In this document: positions 48,421 through 57,144 of the stretch, piece by piece
Layout of the letters: every line of letters begins with the position of its first letter
Position numbering within the stretch: position 1 is the stretch's first letter
From: Bacteroidaceae bacterium
Lineage (GTDB): Bacteria; Bacteroidota; Bacteroidia; Bacteroidales; Bacteroidaceae
NCBI GenBank assembly: GCA_045588345.1
Contig: JAZNDZ010000005.1
Span: forward strand, 1,138-65,137
Length of the DNA: 64,000 nt
Direction: 5' to 3'
Translations under genes and position numbers: made by a program
Notes under the pieces: generated by a model
What the model saw: the letters and a program-made list of their open reading frames with translations, nothing else
Told to the model about the DNA's origin: nothing
Databases searched by the model: none

Positions 48421-49689
48421 CTAATTATTTTCGTACGGTATCAAAACATATCCTCTATCTGTACCTTTGCTTACAGAACTATCCTTACGATATACAACAT
48501 AAATAGTATATGTTGACGACTTACTTAAGTTACTCAATGTCACGGTTTTGTAATTATACAAGTTTGTACCTGATGAAGGGCTTCCTTTAGTTGTAGTATA
48601 ATTTGAACTAGTTGTAGGTCTTGAGTCCTTACCAACCATAACATAATCATGATCAGACTCACCATTACTGCGGATATAGAATGTAAATGTATCATACCCC
48701 TTGATTGTAAAATACATTGTTGCTTCAGAATTATCTTTATTATAGTTGCTAGAAGATTGATAAGCTCTATATAAAGTACTTGGTGATATCATACTAGTCC
48801 ATTGGTAATTAGTAGTGATATTTATTTCCTTTCGAGTATAAAACTCTTTTGCATTTCTGTAATATTCAGCTGCTTTTTGCTTTAATGCATCAGTCGTTTT
48901 TGCTCCATATCCATATTTAGATTTATTATTATCGTACTCTTGAATTTTACTATTTGCAGCAGACATCAATGAGTTGAATGACTCTTCTGTCATGTTACGA
49001 TAATTTGCCATCTCATTGACTTTTGATTCAACTTGATAATAATGCGAATTACCGATATTAGACTTTACAGCTGCTAGTTTATTTGTCAAATCTGTACAAT
49101 TTGACAAAGGATCCATTGTCCTATACTTTTCAGCATTCTGTATCTTTGTATTGGCATCGCTCACAGAATAGAATGTAGAATATGTCGCTACTTTCTTTGC
49201 TTCCTTATAGTTGCTAATAATCTGTTCTATTCTGCGAAGATCAGTCTCATATGAACCCGCAACTGCACTAGTTTCCCCATAATCAACTTTTAATGTTCTT
49301 AGATGTGCTATACGCTCAAGCATAGCTTTATGGTCAGACTCACGCCAAGTTGATGCTCTGAACTTTGCATGACTTAATTTCGTGAAGATAGGCAGATATT
49401 TCTGTACTAATGCTTTCGTTTGATAATCAATTTCTTCGTCAGTCATAAAAGCCTCACTCTTATATAGAGCAAGTTTGTCAACAACAACATTATATATCGA
49501 ATCATTGAAAGCAGTGTTCTCCGTTTCAGAAAAACCGTTGATATTAGCTTCAAGAGAAGATTTATGCAAATTATTTACCGTAACATCCACAGGAGGTGCC
49601 ACAATCGTGGGATAGAAAGCAAGAATACCCGCAATTGCAAATGCAATAACGATTCCTAGAATAAGGATTTTTTTACCAGTATTTTTCAT
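48421..49689 (-). CDS. Hypothetical N-terminally membrane-anchored protein (operon gene 8)
   Basis: 422 aa with one N-terminal TM (ILILGIVIAFAIAGILAFYP), a helical middle and a beta-rich C-terminal ~100 aa. Its start overlaps the gene 7 stop (ATGA). Confidence 0.6.
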   Translation of the reverse strand: MKNTGKKILILGIVIAFAIAGILAFYPTIVAPPVDVTVNNLHKSSLEANINGFSETENTAFNDSIYNVVVDKLALYKSEAFMTDEEIDYQTKALVQKYLPIFTKLSHAKFRASTWRESDHKAMLERIAHLRTLKVDYGETSAVAGSYETDLRRIEQIISNYKEAKKVATYSTFYSVSDANTKIQNAEKYRTMDPLSNCTDLTNKLAAVKSNIGNSHYYQVESKVNEMANYRNMTEESFNSLMSAANSKIQEYDNNKSKYGYGAKTTDALKQKAAEYYRNAKEFYTRKEINITTNYQWTSMISPSTLYRAYQSSSNYNKDNSEATMYFTIKGYDTFTFYIRSNGESDHDYVMVGKDSRPTTSSNYTTTKGSPSSGTNLYNYKTVTLSNLSKSSTYTIYVVYRKDSSVSKGTDRGYVLIPYENN

Positions 49690-51035
49690 AACATATCTCC
49701 TTGTTTTGTTTTTGACTTCTGTTGCACTTTAGGTTGACTTTTCTTTGTCGTACTTGTTGTACTAGTTTTCTTAGTCTTATGAGTCGTTCCTGCATCCTCG
49801 AGCGCTTTTATATAACCTTTCTTATCGCCATCAGGCTTAATAGTTATATCGAAATCATTAGGATGTGTATTAAAGTTACCAGAGAAAGGCTTATGACGAT
49901 TTTTGGTTATCGCAGCTACCAGTTCTTTGAATATTGCGGATTTGCCAAGAACATTCTCATAGGCCAGTATATCATCAAAACGTCTCTCATTCATTGCATC
50001 CCACAAACCTTTTAGCGGTTCGTGTTTTTCCATCTCAGTTCTGTTCCAGACATTATTATGGTCTATATATGAGATCGCTGCATCTACTAATTTTTCATCA
50101 CTATTACTCTCTGAACCTTTTGGTGCATAATTGTAGTTGCGTTTTTCTAACTCCTTAATGCGACTCTTCAAATCAGCATTTTCTTTCGTTAATTTGCCAA
50201 CTTCTTGATTATCTGCCTTACCTCCAATAAAGTCGTTTAAAGCATAACCACCGCAGATACCGAGCAGTAGGACTATTATAGAACATATCAGGCATGTAAT
50301 CCAGAATTTGCGAGTGAATGGCTTGAATCGCAAGTAATTTTTATCATTGCGTGTAACATATCCATTTTCTGTTACATAGCCTTTCACAGGCGAATTTTTC
50401 ATTTTTCTATTGCCAGATATCTTAATTGGGTAATAGCCCTCTTCATTTTTGAGAGGCAATAGAAACTCATATGCATATGTCTCCTTTACTAATTTTAATT
50501 GTACAGGTTGTGTTAAATTCAAATGACCAGAAATTGGTTCAAAACCTTCAGCATGAATTTTTACCCAAACATTATTAAGAGTTGCTTCGCTAATGCGTAT
50601 ATCTTCGTTTTTACTAATACGCTGCTTCGCTACATATAAGTCGTAATCAGTTACACGTTGACTCCATTCATCAACTACTTTTATGTAATTATAGTTAAGC
50701 ACTCTAACATATTGATTAGGTGTTGGAACAGAATACTTTGCGCCAGGCGCAATTATACTCTTCGTATGGATAGGCATATACCCATCTCTTCTCCATTCAA
50801 TATCTATCGTACCTCCTTCAATGGCATAAATCTGTCCAACAAAAGGTCGCTCTCCAATATAGGGAACAAAAGAATCTATTTTCCCAGGTGATTTTACTAC
50901 TACCATCGAGTATACTTTCTGGTCTGACAAGTTATCTCCTTGAAGGCATTTTAACTTCGATGAATTATCTAATAGGAATACACTCTTATAACTCTTATAA
51001 TATGATTGACACATATCTTTTAGAAGCTCAGACAA
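49686..51035 (-). CDS. Hypothetical bitopic membrane protein (operon gene 7)
   Basis: 449 aa. Beta-rich N-terminal ~235 aa, a central TM (FWITCLICSIIVLLLGICGGYAL), a coiled-coil (LTKENADLKSRIKELEKR), a C-terminal globular part and a Lys/Thr/Ser-rich tail. Confidence 0.6.
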   Translation of the reverse strand: MSELLKDMCQSYYKSYKSVFLLDNSSKLKCLQGDNLSDQKVYSMVVVKSPGKIDSFVPYIGERPFVGQIYAIEGGTIDIEWRRDGYMPIHTKSIIAPGAKYSVPTPNQYVRVLNYNYIKVVDEWSQRVTDYDLYVAKQRISKNEDIRISEATLNNVWVKIHAEGFEPISGHLNLTQPVQLKLVKETYAYEFLLPLKNEEGYYPIKISGNRKMKNSPVKGYVTENGYVTRNDKNYLRFKPFTRKFWITCLICSIIVLLLGICGGYALNDFIGGKADNQEVGKLTKENADLKSRIKELEKRNYNYAPKGSESNSDEKLVDAAISYIDHNNVWNRTEMEKHEPLKGLWDAMNERRFDDILAYENVLGKSAIFKELVAAITKNRHKPFSGNFNTHPNDFDITIKPDGDKKGYIKALEDAGTTHKTKKTSTTSTTKKSQPKVQQKSKTKQGDML

Positions 51036-51053
51036 TGTGTACTTTGCTCCTTG

Positions 51054-51494
51054 TCAATAGTATCTGAATGCACACTTTTCGCCATTGCTTTTTGTAGTGA
51101 TTCTAGATGCAGGTGCTGATTCATATGTTTTCGAAAGAAGTTGGGTTAATCTTTCATCATTTCTTTCGTTAGCAAGAATCTCTTTTTTAACAGCATCTAC
51201 TATTTCAACAAGTTCCTTTCCTGCAATATTAATTGAAGCAGGAACATATATCCATGCGCTAATACAATCAGTGATACGACCCTCAATAAGCGAAGCTACA
51301 GTTAATATGTGTCCAGTATCAATGCTTGTAAGCATTAGTACTGCTGATGAACCATCCAAGTTATCAATGTTCTCAAGGTCTTTGCGGATATCCCAGACGT
51401 TCTTAGTCCATACCTGGTCTCCGTTTATTTCAAATAAATCTGTATAACCCTGATTTATACGAACTATCTTTAAACCTAATTTATTATTATCCAT
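51054..51494 (-). CDS. Small soluble protein, possibly Roadblock/MglB-like (operon gene 6)
   Basis: 146 aa, starting 6 nt after the GTPase gene. The stretch LDGSSAVLMLTSIDTGHILTVASL resembles the Roadblock/LC7 core pattern. This is a weak assignment made by eye only. Confidence 0.55.
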   Translation of the reverse strand: MDNNKLGLKIVRINQGYTDLFEINGDQVWTKNVWDIRKDLENIDNLDGSSAVLMLTSIDTGHILTVASLIEGRITDCISAWIYVPASINIAGKELVEIVDAVKKEILANERNDERLTQLLSKTYESAPASRITTKSNGEKCAFRYY

Positions 51495-51500
51495 AGTTTG

Positions 51501-53147
51501 TTACTTTTTTAATATGTCAAACAAGTTCTTAATCTTTCCAGGTTTGTATCCATAAGACCTCTTAATGAGTGTTCTAACAACCGTTGCTGCTGTATCTTCT
51601 TTGAATTTACAGTAGTTCTGGAAACATACTGTACCTAACGTAAATGGCTGGATCTCCACATTACCACCATTTATTTCATTGTCCTTACAAATCTTCTTCA
51701 AACCATTATAGAAGCCTTGATAGTTCTCAGAGATATAGTTTCTCAGTTTTTCCTGCAACTCCTTGCCCACAGCTTTTGCTTTATCAACCTTAGTAATAAG
51801 GAGATATAAGCCATCTGTGTCCTTTTTGAAAATTCCTGTTCTCTGGATATAAGCCACAGCTGCTTCTAGATAGATATTTTGAGGCAGACCTTCATACTCT
51901 CTGTCCTCAGCACCATACTCTATCACAAAGAAATGAATCTTTCGGTTATCAGTTCTGTTATCAATTAATATGTTGGTCAATGTCTTAAGAACATTCTGCT
52001 GCTCATCTGTCAAAGGCTCTCCGGCGTCTTGCTTATACATACATCTAACAAGCTCACCTGCGAGGTCAATACATGTAATTGGATGCTCTTTTCTGTCTTC
52101 ATCTTCGAGAATAAAACCCATTTCATAAGTAGATGATATTGCGGTACCCTCAGGTAGTGTACCAACAGCACCATTTGTCTTGAATAGATTAGCCAATCTA
52201 TTCATATATCCGTAGCCCTGACAATCTGGGTCACGTTGCATGCTTTTTGCAACTCTACCACTATTAGCAGAACTCAAAATTGCACCTAATGCACAACTTT
52301 TACCAGATGACGGAATACCCCAAAAGTAAACTTCTGTACATGGAGACTTTGTAATCTTTGTTATTGGTTCAGGAGTTTGGAATTTCTGAGGAGTGATATT
52401 AGACATCATGTGTGCAATGAAATCGCCATCAATCCCCGCTCTTGAAAAGTCTGATATAATTCCGTTCTCCCACAACAAATTTGCAACCGTACCGCTAATG
52501 AAGTTATTATCCTCTGAGATAGCAGAAAGAAGGTCATCTACACTAATTTTGCCCGTATTAATGCAGTTGACTATTCTATCATATATAGCCTTCTCTGGAT
52601 TATTAATTCTAGCATCTGTACGTATTGCCTTAATCTGTCTTGCAAGAGCTCGGATATCAACTCCTAGATATTGTTCTCTGCGCAACTCTCTTAAAAGGCG
52701 TGTGGCTTCTGCAAGGTAAGTACTATTAGGATGATTGTCTACAAAATTTTGCAGTTCAGTAATACTTCCTTTGTTAACGCTATCCCAAATCTCATCACTG
52801 GCGCCACTTTCCGCCAATTTCTGCAGTTCCTCAATTCTATCACGGGCAGAACTTCGATATTCGCCTTCTGGATACGAATCAAGGTAATTTTGGTATGCCT
52901 CTTCTGTATTAATGCGTTTGGCTTCTTCCCAGTCTTCCTCTTCGCAGTTCGCAAATTTCTCAGCGACCTGATCCTGTATAGACTTTTTTACAGGTGTACC
53001 TGCTTCTCGAGCCGCATCTCGAAACTCTTCAAAACTCTTTATTCCGGCCTGTTTCAAGGCCTTTACTAGGTCATCGATGTTGTTGCTGTACTCATCGATA
53101 TTATCAAATATAGTATCTAAATCAATCATATTATTGGAATTTTTCAA
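51501..53147 (-). CDS. P-loop GTPase with Ras-like G1/G3/G4 motifs and a helical N-terminal extension (operon gene 5)
   Basis: 548 aa. G1 GIPSSGKS, G3 CIDLAGE and G4 ITKVDK appear in canonical order and spacing. The N-terminal ~270 aa are helical, with two similar segments (YQNYLDSYPEGEYRSSARDRI and LQNFVDNHPNSTYLAEATRLL). Confidence 0.7.
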   Translation of the reverse strand: MKNSNNMIDLDTIFDNIDEYSNNIDDLVKALKQAGIKSFEEFRDAAREAGTPVKKSIQDQVAEKFANCEEEDWEEAKRINTEEAYQNYLDSYPEGEYRSSARDRIEELQKLAESGASDEIWDSVNKGSITELQNFVDNHPNSTYLAEATRLLRELRREQYLGVDIRALARQIKAIRTDARINNPEKAIYDRIVNCINTGKISVDDLLSAISEDNNFISGTVANLLWENGIISDFSRAGIDGDFIAHMMSNITPQKFQTPEPITKITKSPCTEVYFWGIPSSGKSCALGAILSSANSGRVAKSMQRDPDCQGYGYMNRLANLFKTNGAVGTLPEGTAISSTYEMGFILEDEDRKEHPITCIDLAGELVRCMYKQDAGEPLTDEQQNVLKTLTNILIDNRTDNRKIHFFVIEYGAEDREYEGLPQNIYLEAAVAYIQRTGIFKKDTDGLYLLITKVDKAKAVGKELQEKLRNYISENYQGFYNGLKKICKDNEINGGNVEIQPFTLGTVCFQNYCKFKEDTAATVVRTLIKRSYGYKPGKIKNLFDILKK

Positions 53148-54152
53148 TTACATAGTGAATGAACCGTAATCGCCTTCGTTTGAAGAGGAATCATCATCCA
53201 TACTAAATGTCATATCATCTTCAGGGCGGTCAATTTTGCTAGTTTTCTTAGACTTTTTGCGTTTGGGTGTATATGAGTCACCTTCAGAGCCAATGAGTCT
53301 AAATGTACTTTTGGTATTTCTACTTTGAATGATGTACGGAAACAAAAGCAATATATATAGTAGGACTCCAATACCAATTGCAAGCATTGATGGGGTACCC
53401 ATTGTTGTGTACACAGAGCGTAGATTATTTAGGTTCTCCTTAGCCGTTGTTACACTTGGATCAGAGGATGAGAATGGTTCGACTCCATTGGGTTCGTCTG
53501 ACATAATTTTACCAGAGAATTCACTTAGCGAGTTATTCCAATTTTCAATAGCGCCTTCAATCTTTTTGATGTTGCCAATCATAAAGACATTCCATACAGT
53601 CGCCCCTGATGCATTATCAATCCACTGAACCGCTGATTCTTTCAAAGCATTATAATTATCAGCAATCAATTGCAGTCTAAGAGCCTCTACTTCGTTAGTT
53701 CTATGAACAGTCTTTGTTTTATTTTGAGCCAATTTCTTGTCATACTCCTTTATTCTATTATTTGCGTAGACCTCATAAGATTCAAACATACCCTTTGTTG
53801 TCTTTATAGACTCTGAGAAAGTCTTTTCTACTTGACTTCGGTTATCAAAAACTGTCCAAAAGTGAGCATATGGGACCATTACCGCAATAAAGGACAAAGG
53901 TGCAGAGAAGAAAAGAATACGCTCAAAAACGAACTTTCTGCAAAATTTCTCATCAGCCCCTTTCAAAATTTGAGGTATGATGAAAAATATAATCAGTACA
54001 AGATTGATTATCAACACGCCCAATCCCGCATACAGGAAATCTCCATCAGTCAAATATGTGATTCCCATAAATGAGACATAACTGATAAATATCAGTGCAA
54101 TAAATGCAATGATATGTCCCCATGAAAATTTTAATGTTTCATTAATTGCCAT
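53148..54152 (-). CDS. Multipass membrane protein (operon gene 4)
   Basis: 334 aa. Three N-terminal TM helices, a ~150-aa loop, a fourth TM (MLAIGIGVLLYILLLFPYII) and a charged tail. Its stop abuts the gene 5 start. Confidence 0.65.
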   Translation of the reverse strand: MAINETLKFSWGHIIAFIALIFISYVSFMGITYLTDGDFLYAGLGVLIINLVLIIFFIIPQILKGADEKFCRKFVFERILFFSAPLSFIAVMVPYAHFWTVFDNRSQVEKTFSESIKTTKGMFESYEVYANNRIKEYDKKLAQNKTKTVHRTNEVEALRLQLIADNYNALKESAVQWIDNASGATVWNVFMIGNIKKIEGAIENWNNSLSEFSGKIMSDEPNGVEPFSSSDPSVTTAKENLNNLRSVYTTMGTPSMLAIGIGVLLYILLLFPYIIQSRNTKSTFRLIGSEGDSYTPKRKKSKKTSKIDRPEDDMTFSMDDDSSSNEGDYGSFTM

Positions 54153-54161
54153 ATATCGTCC

Positions 54162-57140
54162 TTATTTATTTTCAGGTAATAATTTTTCAAGTTCACTTAT
54201 CTTTCTCTTATAGGATTCTATTAGTTTTCTAATAGAATCGTAATCTGTTCCATCATTCTCATCTTCAGATGTTGGCGGAGTTGTTTTACCATTATCATTT
54301 CCCGGATCCTTAGGACTTGGTTTGTTTCCAGGATTATGTACATCTTGGCCTGGCGTTTTACCAGTATCGCCAGGATTATCTCCATCTACATTGCCACCTG
54401 TTTCTCCTGAATTCTCATTGACTGGTGATTCTCTATCGATTGGGTTATTACCAGAACCTCCATCCACTACATTAGGATTTGTAATTTCGTTATTGGCATT
54501 ACCATTTGTGTCTGGGAGTTCTGGTATCACACCTGTTTTCAACGCTATTAGAGCATCGTCAACTTGAATCATAGGTGGCATATAATCAGATGCTCGCTCA
54601 CCAGTTGCCTGTAAAATATGAAGTACTTCTGTCACCGAGATATCTTGGTTTAAACTCTTCATTAATGCTACCGTACCTGCAACTATTGGAGCAGCCATAC
54701 TTGTACCATCAAATACGGCATATTCATTGACGGGTATAGAACTATAAATGCCCTTACCTGGAGCAGAGATGTTAGAACCTCTACCATAATTGGTGAAGTC
54801 TGTACCTTTTATTTGCCTATCAACAGCAGCGACATTTACGGTGAAATTCGTTCGATTCTCAGGAGGAATGTTTGCGAGTATATTGTCATTACCTACTGCA
54901 AAAACGATTATCACATTATGCTCATTTGCGACATTAATAATACGTTTCCACACACGCTCTTCGTTTTTGAATTGAGTTTTAGCAATATAATCCTGGTCTG
55001 GGAGAGGTAGTATATCTAGTCCTCTGAAATTCGGACCAATAGATACATTTACAACATTCGCTCCATTGTGAATGGCGTACATTATTCCGCTTGTTACTGA
55101 CGAAAATGTACACATACCATTGTCAAATACCTGTATTGGCATTAGTTTACATTTAGGCGCAACTCCAGATACGCCTTTGTCAAACATCTTATCAGAGCCA
55201 ACTGGCAATCCAGCTACGTGTGTACCATGTCCCTGGCCAACACTTAATCTATTATCCTGAGTAAACACATTGTAAGGGCTTACAATTCTTCCTTTAAGGA
55301 TATCATGTGTTGCATCAATACCATCATCAACAACTGCTACGGTGATATTTGGGCTTCCCTTAGTAATTTCCCAACCTTCTTCTACATCAATTGCATCAAG
55401 ATGCCAGCCTATATTTGCTGTATCCGTACTAATATCGCCAACAATGGTAAAAATTGACTCATCAACTATGAAAAACTCATAGTTTGGAAGCTGTGCATTC
55501 AAACCCTCTCTAATAGCGTCTCGCATATTTTCAGAAATAAGAATCTGTATCATTGTCACATTCTTATCAAAGCCAATGACTTGACACTCATTTTCTGAAT
55601 ACATCTTAGAAAGGTCTGATATAAACTGTTCAAGGTCTACATTCGCGTCTTCAAAGTATATATTTAGCCTATTTGCAACAATATCTGGCGTCCCAGGATT
55701 TGAAACAATAGGAGGCTCTTTGCCGTCATCCCCTACGATAGGTGCTACGACATTATTATTAGGCAACTTGCCATCATCACCAACAATACCCTTGACAGGT
55801 CCATTGTTATCAATAACACGCCCGTCATTTGTCTCAATTACAGGTGTAGGCTCTACTGGGCCACCGCTTTCACATGATCTTAAAAGCCATGACAATAAGA
55901 ACAGCAAAAGTAATAGGAGTAACAACCACAATAGCCACTTTAAACATCCTTTACCTGTAAACCAAGCCCATAAGCGCTTATACCATGGTATGTCCTTTTC
56001 ATATTGAGCTGTAAATGTTGTATCACCATTCAAAGTGTAATCAATCGGTGACTTGTCCCAACCTATAAACTTATAACCTCGTTTAGCCTTAATTGCCGGG
56101 GTATTATCATTATTGAATATTGAACCATAAGGCAGTGTAAAGCAATCTGTACCCTCAATTGAACCGTGTTCACCAGCGACAAATTGACATGTTACATTAT
56201 CTCTATTGAAGATAGCAGTGAAAGTTGCATCCTCATAGATAGCTCCCAAATCGGGCTGAATATCCCAGCCAACGAAAGAATAACCGTTATTAGGTACAGC
56301 CGATGGAATTTGCATTACATCTAGATATGTCCCCTTCTCTATGGAGCATTCAGTTGTTCCACTCAATGAGCCGCCAACACCTGCTAAGAAGGTAATATGC
56401 ACATTTTCTTTTTCTGCGGGAACATCATCTTCAATAGGTGCCTCATCATATAGTGCTGTAAAAGAAAGAAGTCCATTAACCTTCATACCCAATGGATTTG
56501 GATCCCATCCCTTAAATACATATCCCTTCTTAGGAGTTACGGTAGGCAGATCAATATTTGATAATGTGGCACCATCAGGGCGACTAACAACCCCAGCTAA
56601 TTTATCTGTAAGAGTGCCATTTTCTCCTACAATAAAACGTACTTTGTGATTGCTTTGAATCTTTAAATCATGTATTACTGCACCCTTCACGACATGTTTG
56701 TGAGAGTCAGGCGACATACCCCAAGCAACTACTACTACTTTTTCATCATAGCAGAACATAAAGTCCTCATCAATATACTTGAGGGCACCTGTTAGAATCT
56801 GCTTATCCTCACCTGTCAGATTTTTACGTACTTTTTCATATGCTGCAATTGTTTTTTCTTTTATCGCAGCATACTTAGCCTTATCAACATCTGATAAATC
56901 ACTATATGCACACGGTGTATGATTCCACTCGCGCACATACCATAATATCTGATCCTCATCTGAATATATAGGATGAGCTAGAAAGTCTCTATATTGAGGC
57001 TCTACATTCTTCTCAACTACTGAATATACGCTGTCAAATCTCTTGTACAGCGGATCGCGACCGATTCCTTGGAAATCGGTAAAATCAGTAACCTCTGTGT
57101 AACAGAGTTTTCTCTTGCCATATAGAGTATGTTCTGCCAT
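54162..57140 (-). CDS. Membrane-anchored subtilisin-like (S8) serine protease with an N-terminal domain and three Listeria-Bacteroides-type repeats (operon gene 3)
   Basis: 992 aa with no signal peptide. Repeats GYVFKGWD, GYSFVGWD and GYKFIGWD; TM WLLWLLLLLLLLFLLSWLL; S8 triad contexts VAVVDDGID, GHGTHVAG and GTSMAAPIVAG; then a low-complexity N/G/P-rich tail ending in a coiled coil. Confidence 0.8.
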   Translation of the reverse strand: MAEHTLYGKRKLCYTEVTDFTDFQGIGRDPLYKRFDSVYSVVEKNVEPQYRDFLAHPIYSDEDQILWYVREWNHTPCAYSDLSDVDKAKYAAIKEKTIAAYEKVRKNLTGEDKQILTGALKYIDEDFMFCYDEKVVVVAWGMSPDSHKHVVKGAVIHDLKIQSNHKVRFIVGENGTLTDKLAGVVSRPDGATLSNIDLPTVTPKKGYVFKGWDPNPLGMKVNGLLSFTALYDEAPIEDDVPAEKENVHITFLAGVGGSLSGTTECSIEKGTYLDVMQIPSAVPNNGYSFVGWDIQPDLGAIYEDATFTAIFNRDNVTCQFVAGEHGSIEGTDCFTLPYGSIFNNDNTPAIKAKRGYKFIGWDKSPIDYTLNGDTTFTAQYEKDIPWYKRLWAWFTGKGCLKWLLWLLLLLLLLFLLSWLLRSCESGGPVEPTPVIETNDGRVIDNNGPVKGIVGDDGKLPNNNVVAPIVGDDGKEPPIVSNPGTPDIVANRLNIYFEDANVDLEQFISDLSKMYSENECQVIGFDKNVTMIQILISENMRDAIREGLNAQLPNYEFFIVDESIFTIVGDISTDTANIGWHLDAIDVEEGWEITKGSPNITVAVVDDGIDATHDILKGRIVSPYNVFTQDNRLSVGQGHGTHVAGLPVGSDKMFDKGVSGVAPKCKLMPIQVFDNGMCTFSSVTSGIMYAIHNGANVVNVSIGPNFRGLDILPLPDQDYIAKTQFKNEERVWKRIINVANEHNVIIVFAVGNDNILANIPPENRTNFTVNVAAVDRQIKGTDFTNYGRGSNISAPGKGIYSSIPVNEYAVFDGTSMAAPIVAGTVALMKSLNQDISVTEVLHILQATGERASDYMPPMIQVDDALIALKTGVIPELPDTNGNANNEITNPNVVDGGSGNNPIDRESPVNENSGETGGNVDGDNPGDTGKTPGQDVHNPGNKPSPKDPGNDNGKTTPPTSEDENDGTDYDSIRKLIESYKRKISELEKLLPENK

Positions 57141-57144
57141 ATAC

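Noticed and set aside
55860-55960. Low-complexity DNA run encoding poly-Leu
   Set aside because: It is explained as the transmembrane helix of the subtilase (WLLWLLLLLLLLFLLSWLL), not an independent repeat element.
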